A stretch of DNA of 63,757 nucleotides, taken from assembly GCA_003557505.1 (NCBI GenBank), contig PWOH01000029.1, positions 1-63,757 on the forward strand, given 5' to 3'. The notes under the pieces are model-generated. The model searched no databases and was not told the DNA's origin. It saw only the letters and a program-made list of their open reading frames with translations. The DNA is from Mollicutes bacterium (GTDB lineage: Bacteria > Bacillota_I > Bacilli_A > Izemoplasmatales > Izemoplasmataceae). Of this stretch, positions 1-10,231 are shown one piece after another (positions within the stretch are counted from its first letter, which is position 1; each line of letters opens with the position of its first letter). The position numbers and the translations under genes were made by a program.

Positions 1-1
1 A

Positions 2-703
2 GACATCCTTGTTGATCGTCTAAAACGTGAATTCAAAGTTGAAGCCAATGTTGGCGCACCACAAGTTTCCTACCGTGAAACCTTTACACAAGAAGCTGAT
101 GTCGAAGGGAAATTCGTTCGTCAGTCAGGTGGTCGTGGACAATATGGTCACGTTTGGGTCAAATTCGAACCAAATGAAGATGAAGGCTTCCAGTTTGTGG
201 ATAAAGTTGTTGGTGGAGTTGTCCCACGTGAATATATCCCAGTCGTTGGAAAAGGACTTGAAGAATCACTACAAAATGGTGTAATCGCTGGTTACCCAGT
301 AATCAATGTAACGGCAACACTACATGATGGGTCATACCATGATGTTGACTCTTCTGAGGCTGCCTTTAAAGTAGCAGCATCACTTGCCGTACGTAACGCA
401 AAGGATAAAGTTAAACCAATCTTACTTGAACCGATTATGTCAGTTGATGTCATCACACCTGATGATTATCTAGGGAACGTTATCGGTGACTTAACAGGAC
501 GCCGTGGTAAAGTTGAAAGCCAAAATGAGCGCGGAAACGCTCATCAAATCAAGGCTTTTGTTCCACTAAGCGAAATGTTTGGTTATGCGACTTCACTACG
601 TAGTAATACGCAAGGTCGCGGGAACTATACCATGCAATTTTCACACTATGATCCAGCACCAAAATCAATTAGTGAAGAAATCATTAAAAAGCGTAATGGC
701 TAA
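2..703 (+). CDS. fusA: Elongation factor G, C-terminal part (5' end outside window)
   Basis: Frame is open from base 2 ([28 protein letters not shown]...) to TAA at 701-703. EF-G domain IV-V sequence. Followed by tuf, as in the str operon. Confidence 0.93.
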   Translation, partial: DILVDRLKREFKVEANVGAPQVSYRETFTQEADVEGKFVRQSGGRGQYGHVWVKFEPNEDEGFQFVDKVVGGVVPREYIPVVGKGLEESLQNGVIAGYPVINVTATLHDGSYHDVDSSEAAFKVAASLAVRNAKDKVKPILLEPIMSVDVITPDDYLGNVIGDLTGRRGKVESQNERGNAHQIKAFVPLSEMFGYATSLRSNTQGRGNYTMQFSHYDPAPKSISEEIIKKRNG

Positions 704-782
704 TTGATTTAACTTGCAATATGCACTATAATACGATAAAATATCAATGATATAAGAACCAATTAAAGGAGGAAATAACGAA

Positions 783-1973
783 ATGGGAAAAGAAAAATTT
801 GAACGAAAAGGAACACATGTCAATATCGGTACAATCGGCCACGTTGACCATGGTAAAACAACTTTAACTGCTGCAATCGCAACAGTTTTACACAAAAGAG
901 GAATCGGTGGAACTAACGCCTCTGACTATGCTTCTATTGATAATGCCCCTGAAGAAAAAGAAAGAGGTATTACAATCAATACAGCTCATATCGAGTATTC
1001 AACTGAAAAGCGTCACTATGCGCACGTCGACTGCCCAGGACATGCTGACTACGTTAAAAACATGATCACTGGTGCTGCACAAATGGATGGATCAATCCTT
1101 GTTGTAAGTGCTGCAGACGGACCAATGCCACAAACTCGTGAACATATCCTTCTTAGCCGCCAAGTAGGTGTCCCTAAGATTGTTGTATTCATGAATAAAA
1201 CAGACCAAGTTGACGACGAAGAGCTTCTTGAGCTTGTTGAAATGGAAATCCGTGAACTTCTTAGTGAGTATGACTTCCCAGGTGACGATGTACCTGTAAT
1301 CGCTGGTTCTGCGCTTAAAGCGCTTGAAGGCGACGAAGCTCACGAAGACAAAATTATTGAACTTATGGATGCTGTTGATGAGTACATCGACGATCCAGTT
1401 CGTGAAACTGACAAGCCATTCCTTATGCCAGTTGAGGACGTATTCAGCATCACAGGACGCGGTACAGTAGCGACCGGTCGTGTTGACCGCGGAAAAGTAA
1501 AAGTCCAAGACGAAGTTGAAATTGTTGGTATTAAACCAACGCGTAAAACTGTCGTTACTGGTGTTGAAATGTTCCGTAAGCTTCTTGATGAAGCTGAAGC
1601 GGGTGACAACATTGGAGCATTGCTTCGTGGGGTTACACGTGAAGATATCCAACGTGGACAAGTACTTGCTAAACCAGGAAGTGTTACACCACACACTAAC
1701 TTCCGCGGTGAAGTTTATGTACTTAGCAAAGAAGAGGGTGGACGTCATACGCCATTCTTCTCTAACTACCGCCCACAATTCTACTTCCGTACCACTGACG
1801 TTACCGGTGTAGTTGAACTCCCAGAGGGTGTTGAAATGGTTATGCCTGGCGACAATGTGGAAATGAATGTAGAGTTAATCTACCCAATCGCGCTTGAGCA
1901 AGGAACTAAGTTCTCAATCCGTGAAGGTGGACGTACTGTTGGTGCCGGTGTAGTAGCCGAAGTCATCAAGTAA
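783..1973 (+). CDS. tuf: Elongation factor Tu
   Basis: 396 aa with [17 protein letters not shown] and NKTD GTPase motifs. AGGAGG lies ~10 nt upstream of the ATG. Confidence 0.98.
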   Translation: MGKEKFERKGTHVNIGTIGHVDHGKTTLTAAIATVLHKRGIGGTNASDYASIDNAPEEKERGITINTAHIEYSTEKRHYAHVDCPGHADYVKNMITGAAQMDGSILVVSAADGPMPQTREHILLSRQVGVPKIVVFMNKTDQVDDEELLELVEMEIRELLSEYDFPGDDVPVIAGSALKALEGDEAHEDKIIELMDAVDEYIDDPVRETDKPFLMPVEDVFSITGRGTVATGRVDRGKVKVQDEVEIVGIKPTRKTVVTGVEMFRKLLDEAEAGDNIGALLRGVTREDIQRGQVLAKPGSVTPHTNFRGEVYVLSKEEGGRHTPFFSNYRPQFYFRTTDVTGVVELPEGVEMVMPGDNVEMNVELIYPIALEQGTKFSIREGGRTVGAGVVAEVIK

Positions 1974-1990
1974 TTCAAATACTCATAATA

Positions 1991-2019
1991 AGCACTCCTT
2001 AACCGGAGTGCTTTTTTTA
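1991..2019 (+). terminator. Rho-independent terminator after tuf
   Basis: AGCACTCC-ttaacc-GGAGTGCT hairpin followed by a T7 run. Confidence 0.85.
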
Positions 2020-2111
2020 CACATTTTGCACGCATTTTTTGCATGGTAAGTACTATTAATTGTTAAGTGTGTTCTTCCTTGATATAATACGGTTATTCAA
2101 GAGGTGAGCAT

Positions 2112-2489
2112 ATGAAAAAAATACTATTATATAGCTTAGGTGGCATTGTGTTCATAGGGCTTTATTTATTAATTATCGAAGTGAATGTTTTACAGTTAAG
2201 CGTCCCAGTATTAATGCTGTTACGATTGATAGTTTTTACTGTCATCGTCATAAGTGCACTTTATCACTTGAATCCTGAGAAAATGATTATATTTCCCCTG
2301 CTTGTCTTGGCATTCAACGTCATGCTAATCATTATTGCCATTATCGCAACTATAGATCCAATTATATTCACTATATGGATAATGATTTTATTTACATGGC
2401 TTATTTTTACGTTTATTCTTTACTACGTTTTCCAACGATTACGCATGCACAAGCAACTTGATAAGTACCGCAAACCTTCACAAGAGTGA
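2112..2489 (+). CDS. Small polytopic membrane protein, function unknown
   Basis: 125 aa with about 4 hydrophobic helices. GAGGTGA RBS. TGnTATAAT-type -10 at 2080-2088. Confidence 0.65.
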   Translation: MKKILLYSLGGIVFIGLYLLIIEVNVLQLSVPVLMLLRLIVFTVIVISALYHLNPEKMIIFPLLVLAFNVMLIIIAIIATIDPIIFTIWIMILFTWLIFTFILYYVFQRLRMHKQLDKYRKPSQE

Positions 2490-2497
2490 AGGTTTTA
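2474..2497 (+). terminator. Possible terminator overlapping the stop of the 125-aa ORF
   Basis: ACCTTCAC-aaga-GTGAAGGT hairpin followed by TTT. Confidence 0.45.
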
Positions 2498-2569
2498 ACA
2501 ACTTATAAAAGGCACGTTATATTTTTTTTAGCTCGATATTTGTTACAATAAAGATAAGGAGTGAATTTG

Positions 2570-3331
2570 ATGTTGATAGATACCCATGTGCATCTGAATA
2601 ATGATGCCTTATATGAAAACGTAGAACACTATATTAAAAAAGCCACTGATGAAGGTGTTAAGACCTTTATTGTAATTGGATATAATCCAATGATGAACGA
2701 ACGCGCGATTAAAATCGCTGAAACCTATGAGAATGTTTATGCATCGGTTGGGATGCATCCCACGTATGTGAAAGATATGCAAAAAGGCGACGTAGAATTA
2801 TTCACTAAACAACTCTCACACCCTAAAGTAAAAGCAGTTGGGGAATGTGGACTTGATTATCACTGGGATAAAGAAAACCCTGAGGCACAAAAGGAAATGT
2901 TTGCCAAACAAATTGAACTTTCTAAAGCCTTGGATATGCCCATTAGTATCCACATGCGTGATGCGACTGAAGATACTTACAATGTTTTAAAGGCGTTTGC
3001 GCCTGTTAAAGGCATTATGCATTGTTATAGCGGATCTAAAGAATATGCAGAGAGGTTTCTTGACCTGGGCTTGCATATCTCTCTAGGGGGACCTGTGACG
3101 TTTAAAAACGCCAAAAAGCCAAAAGAAGTTGCTAAAATTGTCCCCCTCGATAAATTGCTTATTGAAACCGATGCACCATTTTTAGCGCCTCACCCTTATA
3201 GAGGAAAACAAAACGATTCTAGTTACTTGCCGTTAATCGCACAAAGCATCGCTGAACTTAAAAACACTGATTATGAAACCATTGCTAAACATACTACACA
3301 AAATGCTAAGAAGTTATTTGGACTGGAGTGA
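2570..3331 (+). CDS. tatD: TatD-family metal-dependent DNase/hydrolase
   Basis: Begins MLIDTHVHLN. HxH and later His/Asp metal-ligand pattern. ATG at 2570 sits 8 nt after AGGAG. The ORF track extends to an in-frame GTG at 2561. Confidence 0.9.
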   Translation: MLIDTHVHLNNDALYENVEHYIKKATDEGVKTFIVIGYNPMMNERAIKIAETYENVYASVGMHPTYVKDMQKGDVELFTKQLSHPKVKAVGECGLDYHWDKENPEAQKEMFAKQIELSKALDMPISIHMRDATEDTYNVLKAFAPVKGIMHCYSGSKEYAERFLDLGLHISLGGPVTFKNAKKPKEVAKIVPLDKLLIETDAPFLAPHPYRGKQNDSSYLPLIAQSIAELKNTDYETIAKHTTQNAKKLFGLE

Positions 3332-3336
3332 TTCCT

Positions 3337-4503
3337 ATGAAAAAACTAATGCTTGTATTTGCGTTAATCATGATGACCCTGACTTTAAGCGCCTGTGATT
3401 TTTTGTTTATCGAAGAAGAAACGCAGAATGAAGACCCACCAATATATAATGTTAATGAGTTCACCCGTCAAGAACTGATTGACTTAGTAGAATCGCTAAT
3501 GGAAGAAAGTTATCATCGCGTTGAATATGATCTTGAATCTTTTGAGGCCGCCGCTGTTGAGATGATTGAATCTCGCCGCGACAGTGTTGTGGGCGTTTCT
3601 GCCTCCTCAGGATTTGGCTCAGGCGGAACCGGGTCTGGTGTAATATATCATAAAGAAGGCAACGAATACTATGTGGTAACTAACCACCATGTCCTTCAGC
3701 CCGATGGTAGCACTGGGCCACATAGTAATATTGAGATTGTCTATGAACGCAATGGCATGCGTTATACCATCGACAACAATAATACTGAGATTCTCGGCTT
3801 AAACGCCACAACCGATTTAGCGGTTATTCGTTTCACATCCAACGAAAACTTTCCAACCGTTGATTTCGCCGATTCTTATGATATAAAAATCGGTCAATTT
3901 GCTTATGCGATAGGGAATCCACTTGGCTATAGTTACTTTGGTAGTGTCACCATGGGGATCATTTCTGGACTGGCGCGCTTTGTGCCAGGTTCTCAGTACG
4001 AAGTGCCGTTCCTCCAACACGATGTTGCGATATCACCAGGAAATAGTGGGGGCGCTTTATTTAATATTAATGGAGAACTGATTGGCATTAACAATATGAA
4101 AATTGTCGATGATGCTACGACTAATATTGGGTTTGCTATTCCTTCCAACACAGTTGCGCGCGTTGTTGATGCGCTGCAAAACGAAGGGGAGTTTATCCGA
4201 CCATTCTTTGGGATATCAGCTGCTGAAGGTGTTGCGGCCTGTGGACAAGATAGCGGGGTTTGTGTGTCTAGTATTAATCCAGATGGAACCGCGGGTCAGA
4301 CCTCATTAGAAGAAGGGGATGTTATCGTGGGCTTTAAATTAGAAGAGTGGGATGACTATCAAGAAATCTTAAATTTCAATGAATTACGCGAAGCGATACT
4401 CAACTCTAAAGTCGGGGCAAACGTATCGATTCGATACATTAGAGACAATTATGTTTATGAGACAAGTTATGTTGAACTTGTTGTCCATCCCGATGACCGA
4501 TGA
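3337..4503 (+). CDS. htrA: HtrA/DegP-like S1C serine protease with C-terminal PDZ, lipoprotein-anchored
   Basis: Lipobox LTLSAC. Catalytic triad contexts VTNHHV, TDLAVI and GNSGGAL. PDZ-like C-terminus. ATG at 3337 follows GGAG. The ORF track starts at an in-frame GTG at 3328. Confidence 0.88.
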   Translation: MKKLMLVFALIMMTLTLSACDFLFIEEETQNEDPPIYNVNEFTRQELIDLVESLMEESYHRVEYDLESFEAAAVEMIESRRDSVVGVSASSGFGSGGTGSGVIYHKEGNEYYVVTNHHVLQPDGSTGPHSNIEIVYERNGMRYTIDNNNTEILGLNATTDLAVIRFTSNENFPTVDFADSYDIKIGQFAYAIGNPLGYSYFGSVTMGIISGLARFVPGSQYEVPFLQHDVAISPGNSGGALFNINGELIGINNMKIVDDATTNIGFAIPSNTVARVVDALQNEGEFIRPFFGISAAEGVAACGQDSGVCVSSINPDGTAGQTSLEEGDVIVGFKLEEWDDYQEILNFNELREAILNSKVGANVSIRYIRDNYVYETSYVELVVHPDDR

Positions 4504-5354
4504 TTTCTAGTAATCGTTTAAAAAGCGCGGTGCGAAAACGTCGTTCAACTCGCACCTATAAAAACTGTTCACTTAGCGCTGATGATAAAGTGAAACTACA
4601 ATCATACATTGATGAAATAAAGACCATGACCGGTCCCTTTTCGACCACCTTTGATACCCTGCAACTAATCGAACAATCAACCGGAAAAGCCGAAAAGATT
4701 GGGACTTACGGATTTATTAAACACGCTCCGGCATTTATTGTAGGGGCCACTAAAAACACGAAACCGCATTTAATTGATTATGGGTATCTTTTTGAAATGC
4801 TTATATTAGAATTAACAGAGAATAACTTTGGGACGGTGTGGCTCGGTGGTACATTTAAAAGACCAAGATTCGATGCCTTAATCAAAGACGATAATTACTT
4901 TATTCCCGCCATCACACCAGTGGGCTATAAGCATGCACGTCATTCTATGAGGGAATATGCAATTCGCAAAATCGCGAGTGCGGATTCAAGAAAAGATTTT
5001 GGCGATCTCTTCTTTGAATACCCTGCCATGGTCAGTTTGAAGCGTACCGATGAACCTAGATTGGCTAAAGCTTTGGATATGGTTCGAGGCGGACCTTCTG
5101 CCTCAAACAAACAACCTTGGCGCATCTATCATAAGAAGAACACGTTGCATGTCTATTTAAAAAAGGATCCCAAGTATAATGCTATGCTTAAATACGATAT
5201 TCAATACCTAGACATTGGCATTGCACTATGTCATTTAGAAATTGGTCTAAAGACCCACGATTTTTCATTTAAACGCTTTGATGAGGCACCAAATATTGAA
5301 CTTGACAATCATGAATACATCCTCTCTTATAAAATCAAACGCTTGAAACATTAA
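4500..5354 (+). CDS. Nitroreductase-family protein (long form)
   Basis: 284 aa. N-terminal RRSTRTY nitroreductase signature. ATGA overlap with the upstream stop. Confidence 0.7.
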   Translation: MISSNRLKSAVRKRRSTRTYKNCSLSADDKVKLQSYIDEIKTMTGPFSTTFDTLQLIEQSTGKAEKIGTYGFIKHAPAFIVGATKNTKPHLIDYGYLFEMLILELTENNFGTVWLGGTFKRPRFDALIKDDNYFIPAITPVGYKHARHSMREYAIRKIASADSRKDFGDLFFEYPAMVSLKRTDEPRLAKALDMVRGGPSASNKQPWRIYHKKNTLHVYLKKDPKYNAMLKYDIQYLDIGIALCHLEIGLKTHDFSFKRFDEAPNIELDNHEYILSYKIKRLKH

Positions 5355-5419
5355 ATGCGTTGTATTTTTTCCGCGTTTATAATACAATGTAGAAAGCGAA
5401 CCAAAGGAGATGATTATTT

Positions 5420-6523
5420 ATGGCACTTACTGCTGGAATTGTGGGGCTCCCAAATGTTGGGAAATCCACACTCTTTAACGCCATAACGAAAGCTGGAGCT
5501 CACGCTGCAAACTATCCATTTGCGACCATAGATCCGAATGTAGGAATCGTGAATGTTCCCGATGAAAGACTGCATAGTATTTCAAACATTATTAACCCCA
5601 AAGAAATCGTACCAACCGGTTTTGAGTTTACCGATATTGCCGGATTGGTCAAAGGCGCATCAAAAGGTGAAGGATTAGGGAACCAATTTCTATCTCATAT
5701 TCGTGAAGTCGATGCGATTGTACATGTTGTACGATGCTTTGAAGATGGCGATGTTGTCCATGTCGATGGTAATATTGACCCAATCCGCGATATGGAAACC
5801 ATCAACACCGAGCTTATTTTTGCGGACTTGGATGTTGTGGAAAAACGCTTACCCAAGATTGAAAAGAAAGCCAAACTAAAAGTTGATAAGGATATCGAAC
5901 AAGAATACCTTCTTTTAAAGAAAATCTATGAAACGTTAATGGATAACTTACCGATTCGTAGTATCAACTTTAACGACAATGAGTATAAAATGATAAAACA
6001 TTATGGCTTTTTAACGTTGAAACCACTAATCTATGTCTGTAATGTCAGTGAAGACATGATTCAAAATGATGAATCTAGTGTGTTTGTTGATCAGGTGTTC
6101 AAACGTGCAAAAGAAGAGAATGCAAAAGCGATTACCATAAGTGCTCAAATCGAAGCGGAGATGAGTGAACTCGATGACGATGAAAAACAAGAGTATCTCG
6201 AATCTATGGGACTTTATAAAAGTGGCTTGGATGCACTCATAAACGAAAGTTATGAATTACTTAACCTGCGGACATTTTTTACCGCTGGTGAGAAAGAGGT
6301 TCGCGCTTGGACCTATAAAAATGGCATGACTGCCAAGCAATGTGCGGGTGTCATTCATTCTGATTTTGAGAAAGGCTTTATCCGTGCCGAAACCGTCAGT
6401 TACAATGATCTGATGACTTTCGGTTCAATGCAAAAAGCTAAAGAAGCTGGAAAAATGCGTCTTGAAGGCAAGGAATACCTTGTTAAAGACGGCGATATTT
6501 TACTTTTCCGTTTCAATGTTTAA
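5420..6523 (+). CDS. ychF: Ribosome-binding ATPase YchF
   Basis: 367 aa. [10 protein letters not shown]-loop. Conserved TGS-like C-terminal end [11 protein letters not shown]. Confidence 0.96.
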   Translation: MALTAGIVGLPNVGKSTLFNAITKAGAHAANYPFATIDPNVGIVNVPDERLHSISNIINPKEIVPTGFEFTDIAGLVKGASKGEGLGNQFLSHIREVDAIVHVVRCFEDGDVVHVDGNIDPIRDMETINTELIFADLDVVEKRLPKIEKKAKLKVDKDIEQEYLLLKKIYETLMDNLPIRSINFNDNEYKMIKHYGFLTLKPLIYVCNVSEDMIQNDESSVFVDQVFKRAKEENAKAITISAQIEAEMSELDDDEKQEYLESMGLYKSGLDALINESYELLNLRTFFTAGEKEVRAWTYKNGMTAKQCAGVIHSDFEKGFIRAETVSYNDLMTFGSMQKAKEAGKMRLEGKEYLVKDGDILLFRFNV

Positions 6524-6541
6524 TAAAAGGAGCTATAAACC

Positions 6542-7018
6542 ATGACTGAACTAGAAACTTTAATGAATTATTTAACGCTTACGATTATGTTGTTTTTTAT
6601 AACGTTTTTCCTCGATATTTTTTATCAGTATATTCGTTATAAAATGATAACCCCTCGTAAAATGCTTTCACACAAAAAGGGTGGAATCTTCGAACATTAC
6701 AAAATTGTAGGTGGCCTTATTTTAGCCCTGCTATTAACGCATGGGATATTTGATATTTCACCGTTTAGTGAAAGTGTATTGGCTTTTGCGATTGACTTGA
6801 CCCTTAACTATATCTTTATTACTATTTTTCTAACTTTCTTCTTAGTATTTTTGTTCTTCCTTGCAGTTTATACCTTCGCTAAGATTAAAAAAGTTGAGGA
6901 CCTTACTCAATTCATGAACAAAAAGACCGTACCAATTATTAACACGGCAATGATTTTGGCTGTGTTAATTGCGGCAGCGCTTCTTATTATATTATTATTA
7001 AATGTACCGATTGAATAA
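6542..7018 (+). CDS. Polytopic membrane protein, function unknown
   Basis: 158 aa with 4-5 hydrophobic segments. AAGGAG RBS. Confidence 0.6.
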   Translation: MTELETLMNYLTLTIMLFFITFFLDIFYQYIRYKMITPRKMLSHKKGGIFEHYKIVGGLILALLLTHGIFDISPFSESVLAFAIDLTLNYIFITIFLTFFLVFLFFLAVYTFAKIKKVEDLTQFMNKKTVPIINTAMILAVLIAAALLIILLLNVPIE

Positions 7019-7046
7019 AACGCTGAAATCCAGCGTTTTTATTTTT
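7017..7046 (+). terminator. Rho-independent terminator
   Basis: AAAACGCTG-aaatc-CAGCGTTTT hairpin followed by a T run. Confidence 0.8.
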
Positions 7047-7095
7047 ACACACACGCATGAAACATTAAATGCTATAATGTTTACAGGTGATAATT

Positions 7096-8316
7096 ATGAA
7101 AGCAACGATTATATCGGTTGGAAATGAAATCTTATTAGGAAAAACCATTAATACCAATCTTGCCTTTTTAGCGTCTTCCTTATTTTCTTTAGGAATAGAA
7201 ACGAAAACGGCGATTTGTATCTCTGATGATGAAAAAGAAATTCACAAGGCATTAAAAAATGTAGAAACTTCATTAGTTATTCTTACAGGTGGATTAGGCC
7301 CTACACGTGATGACGCTACCAAAGAGAGTGTTGCGAGCTATTACAATTTTGTGCTTGAGCGCAATGATGACATTGTAGATAAGATGGCTGCCTATTTTGA
7401 ACGGATGGGGCGCACGATGGATCCATCCAATGAAAAACAAGCCTACTTTCCTAAAAACGCCATCATTCTTGAGAATGAACGCGGGACTGCACCCGGGGCG
7501 ATTATTCCTGTTAATGGGAAACATATTGTCTTATTGCCGGGACCACCCAGTGAACTACAACCAATGTTTGAAGGTATCAAAAATTATTTAAAACCGTTTT
7601 TAAACGAAACCATTTATCAACGTGGCTATCTTGTGGCTGGTGTAGGTGAAAGTGACTTAGAAAGCGAAATGGGCGCAATTTATGATGATCATCCCGATGT
7701 CAATATCGCACCTTACGCATCCCTCGGAGAGATTCGTTATATCTTTACCTCTAAAGACGAAGCCAAACTGCAAAAAGCGTTAATGGATTTTAAAAAACAC
7801 TTTAAAACGCATATCGTTGGACCATTTGATCAATCATTTGAAGAATTGGTTATCAACACATTAAATGATCAAGGCAAAACGATTGCTTTAGTGGAGTCTT
7901 GTACGGGTGGTATGCTTGCGAGTCGCTTGGTCAATGTCAGTGGGGCTTCTAAGGTCTTTCATGAAGGCTACGTGCTTTATGACAACGAAGCGAAAGTTAA
8001 ACAACTTGGTGTCAATCAGGTGATTATTGATAAGTTTGGCGCGGTTAGTGACCAGTGTGTTTATGAACTAGCTTATCAATTGACACAAAAGACTTCCGCC
8101 GATGTGTCAGTGAGTATATCGGGGATTGCTGGACCTGAAGGTGGCACAAAAGATAAACCGGTGGGGACGGTCTATTTTGGAATATGCCATGAAGGGAAAA
8201 CCAAAACGTTCAGACGGGTATTTTCGGGTGATCGTCAAATGATTCGTCAAAAAGCCTCATCCTATGCCTTGTTTCTTGTGATGAATGCGGTGATGCATAA
8301 TGAAGACCTCGATTAA
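7096..8316 (+). CDS. cinA: CinA-family protein (MoCF-like N-domain + PncC nicotinamide-nucleotide amidase C-domain)
   Basis: Begins MKATIISVGNEILLGKTINTN. C-terminal part has ESCTGG and GIAGPEGG motifs. ATG at 7096 follows AGGTGA. The ORF track starts at an in-frame GTG at 7087. Confidence 0.92.
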   Translation: MKATIISVGNEILLGKTINTNLAFLASSLFSLGIETKTAICISDDEKEIHKALKNVETSLVILTGGLGPTRDDATKESVASYYNFVLERNDDIVDKMAAYFERMGRTMDPSNEKQAYFPKNAIILENERGTAPGAIIPVNGKHIVLLPGPPSELQPMFEGIKNYLKPFLNETIYQRGYLVAGVGESDLESEMGAIYDDHPDVNIAPYASLGEIRYIFTSKDEAKLQKALMDFKKHFKTHIVGPFDQSFEELVINTLNDQGKTIALVESCTGGMLASRLVNVSGASKVFHEGYVLYDNEAKVKQLGVNQVIIDKFGAVSDQCVYELAYQLTQKTSADVSVSISGIAGPEGGTKDKPVGTVYFGICHEGKTKTFRRVFSGDRQMIRQKASSYALFLVMNAVMHNEDLD

Positions 8317-9025
8317 CCGTTATACACACAAGGGCATTCCTACACTGGAATATTCCCAACCAGGAAACGATCGCTTAATTTTTGTGAATCATGGAATCTA
8401 TGGCAATAAAGACCAAGCCATGAAACTTGTAGGAATGACGTTGGTGAAACTTGGGTATACAGTCGTAGCGCTTGATGCGGCAAAACATGGGCAACGCGCT
8501 GAGGCGCCATATAAAGAGCGCAGTGACCATACCTTATCAAGATTGTACATGTTTGACGTGGTCAAACAAACCAGCGATGATATCCTAACACTTTATCAAG
8601 ATAAGTATCGGGATAAACACGACAGTTTCGATGTTTTAGGATTTTCTATGGGGGGATATGTTACATATTATACTGCGAGTCAATCACAACGAATAAAAAC
8701 CATCATACCTATTATTTCATCCCCCGCATTTTCCAAATCAAATGTTTGGGAACTCCCCACGGATTACAAAGAGAAATACCAAGAAGAAGCCAACGAAATC
8801 TATCAACGTATTCAAGCAATGGACCCGGCACTGCATCCCGAGGAGTTAGTGTTTGATCGTGCCATCATATTGAGTGGTGAACATGACCAAACAGTTCCCA
8901 AAGAAACGACGGAAACCTTCATTAATGACAATCCGGAATTCAATATTTTCTATGAAGTTTTTGATACAGGACATCAAATGGTTCCAGCCATGCAAACCAC
9001 CCTTAAAACGAAGCTTCATAAATAA
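8300..9025 (+). CDS. Alpha/beta-fold hydrolase (esterase/peptidase-like)
   Basis: 241 aa. GFSMGG nucleophile elbow. Late Asp and His (GEHDQ, DTGHQ). Overlaps the end of cinA by 17 nt. Confidence 0.75.
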   Translation: MKTSINRYTHKGIPTLEYSQPGNDRLIFVNHGIYGNKDQAMKLVGMTLVKLGYTVVALDAAKHGQRAEAPYKERSDHTLSRLYMFDVVKQTSDDILTLYQDKYRDKHDSFDVLGFSMGGYVTYYTASQSQRIKTIIPIISSPAFSKSNVWELPTDYKEKYQEEANEIYQRIQAMDPALHPEELVFDRAIILSGEHDQTVPKETTETFINDNPEFNIFYEVFDTGHQMVPAMQTTLKTKLHK

Positions 9026-9035
9026 TCGTAAAAGG

Positions 9036-9064
9036 TTTACAAGCACCACCCTATATGATATAAT
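9036..9064 (+). promoter_or_regulatory. SigA-type promoter of rpsF-ssb-rpsR
   Basis: TTTACA (9036-9041), 17-nt spacer, TATAAT (9059-9064). Confidence 0.6.
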
Positions 9065-9138
9065 CATTTATCGTGAGAAAACTCACTTTCCTTGCTGTGC
9101 AATCAGCACGGCCAAATGACCAAAAGGAGGTATATAGA

Positions 9139-9426
9139 ATGACTAAATATGAAATCATGTACATCATTCGTCCAACTGTTAGCGAAGAGGATCGTAAAGC
9201 ATTAATTCAAAAGCTTGAAGATATCTTTACCGCTAATGATTCAAAAGTTGTTAAACGTGACGAATGGGGAATGCGTGAGCTTGCTTATGAAATTGAGAAG
9301 CATACTAAAGGCTACTATGTAGTACTTGATGTTGAAGCAACTCAAGAAGCAAGAGCAGAATTCGAGCGTATTATCGGATTAAGTGAAGATGTAATCCGTC
9401 ATTTGATTCTTAAAGACGTACGTTAA
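9139..9426 (+). CDS. rpsF: 30S ribosomal protein S6
   Basis: Begins MTKYEIMYIIRP. AAGGAGG lies 8 nt upstream. The longer ORF-track start at 9073 has no RBS. Confidence 0.96.
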   Translation: MTKYEIMYIIRPTVSEEDRKALIQKLEDIFTANDSKVVKRDEWGMRELAYEIEKHTKGYYVVLDVEATQEARAEFERIIGLSEDVIRHLILKDVR

Positions 9427-9441
9427 TTTATGAGGTGAATT

Positions 9442-9921
9442 ATGATAAACCGAGCGATTTTAGTAGGCCGTCTTACCAAAGACCCTGAACTTCGAAGAAC
9501 CCAAAGTGATATTCCTGTAACGACATTTACGCTTGCCGTAAATCGAACATTTAAAAATCAGCAAGGTGAACAAGAAGCCGATTTCATTCAAGTTGTCGTT
9601 TGGCGTCGCCAAGCTGAAAATGTTGCAAAGTATGTCAACAAGGGTAGTTTAGTCGGGGTAGAAGGACGCATTCAAAGCCGTTCTTATGACGACTCCAATG
9701 GCAATCGCAGGTTCGTCACCGAAATAGTGGCGGATTCTGTACAATTCTTAGAAACCAAAGCCACGCAAAACCAAGGACAAAATAGTTATCCTGACCAAGA
9801 TTATGGCAATAACTATAACAATTCCTACAATGATACGCCCAGCAATAACAATCAGCGCAAAAAGCGTGATGACGATGATCTTAAAGATATCGATATTGCT
9901 GAGGACGATTTACCATTCTAA
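9442..9921 (+). CDS. ssb: Single-stranded DNA-binding protein
   Basis: OB-fold N-terminus MINRAILVGRLTKDPELR. N/Q-rich linker. Acidic tail ending DDLPF. Confidence 0.96.
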   Translation: MINRAILVGRLTKDPELRRTQSDIPVTTFTLAVNRTFKNQQGEQEADFIQVVVWRRQAENVAKYVNKGSLVGVEGRIQSRSYDDSNGNRRFVTEIVADSVQFLETKATQNQGQNSYPDQDYGNNYNNSYNDTPSNNNQRKKRDDDDLKDIDIAEDDLPF

Positions 9922-9936
9922 AAAGGAGGCATTCAC

Positions 9937-10167
9937 ATGGCTAGACCAAACTTTCGTAAACGCCGTAAAAAGACATGTTATTTTACTGAAAATAAAATTC
10001 AATACATCGACTATAAAGACGTAGAAATGCTAAGACGCTTTATCTCTGACCGCGGGAAAATTCTTCCTAAGCGTGTTACCGGAACCAAAGCTGGTTACCA
10101 AAAAGAGTTAAGTGTCGCTATCAAGCGTGCACGTCACATGGCACTATTACCATTCGTAAAAGAATAA
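9937..10167 (+). CDS. rpsR: 30S ribosomal protein S18
   Basis: 76 aa. Contains [24 protein letters not shown]. Confidence 0.96.
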   Translation: MARPNFRKRRKKTCYFTENKIQYIDYKDVEMLRRFISDRGKILPKRVTGTKAGYQKELSVAIKRARHMALLPFVKE

Positions 10168-10176
10168 TTGATTAAT

Positions 10177-10206
10177 AAAATGCGCGGATTTTCCGCGCAT
10201 TTTTTG
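10177..10206 (+). terminator. Rho-independent terminator after rpsR
   Basis: TGCGCGGA-ttt-TCCGCGCA hairpin followed by a T6 run. Confidence 0.85.
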
Positions 10207-10231
10207 TATAATGAAATCGAGGAGTGATAGT

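Noticed and set aside
1092-1778. 228-aa and 118-aa antisense ORFs inside tuf
   Set aside because: They lie wholly within, and antisense to, a highly conserved EF-Tu coding frame. They have no RBS and a low-complexity, unfamiliar translation. This is typical of shadow ORFs.
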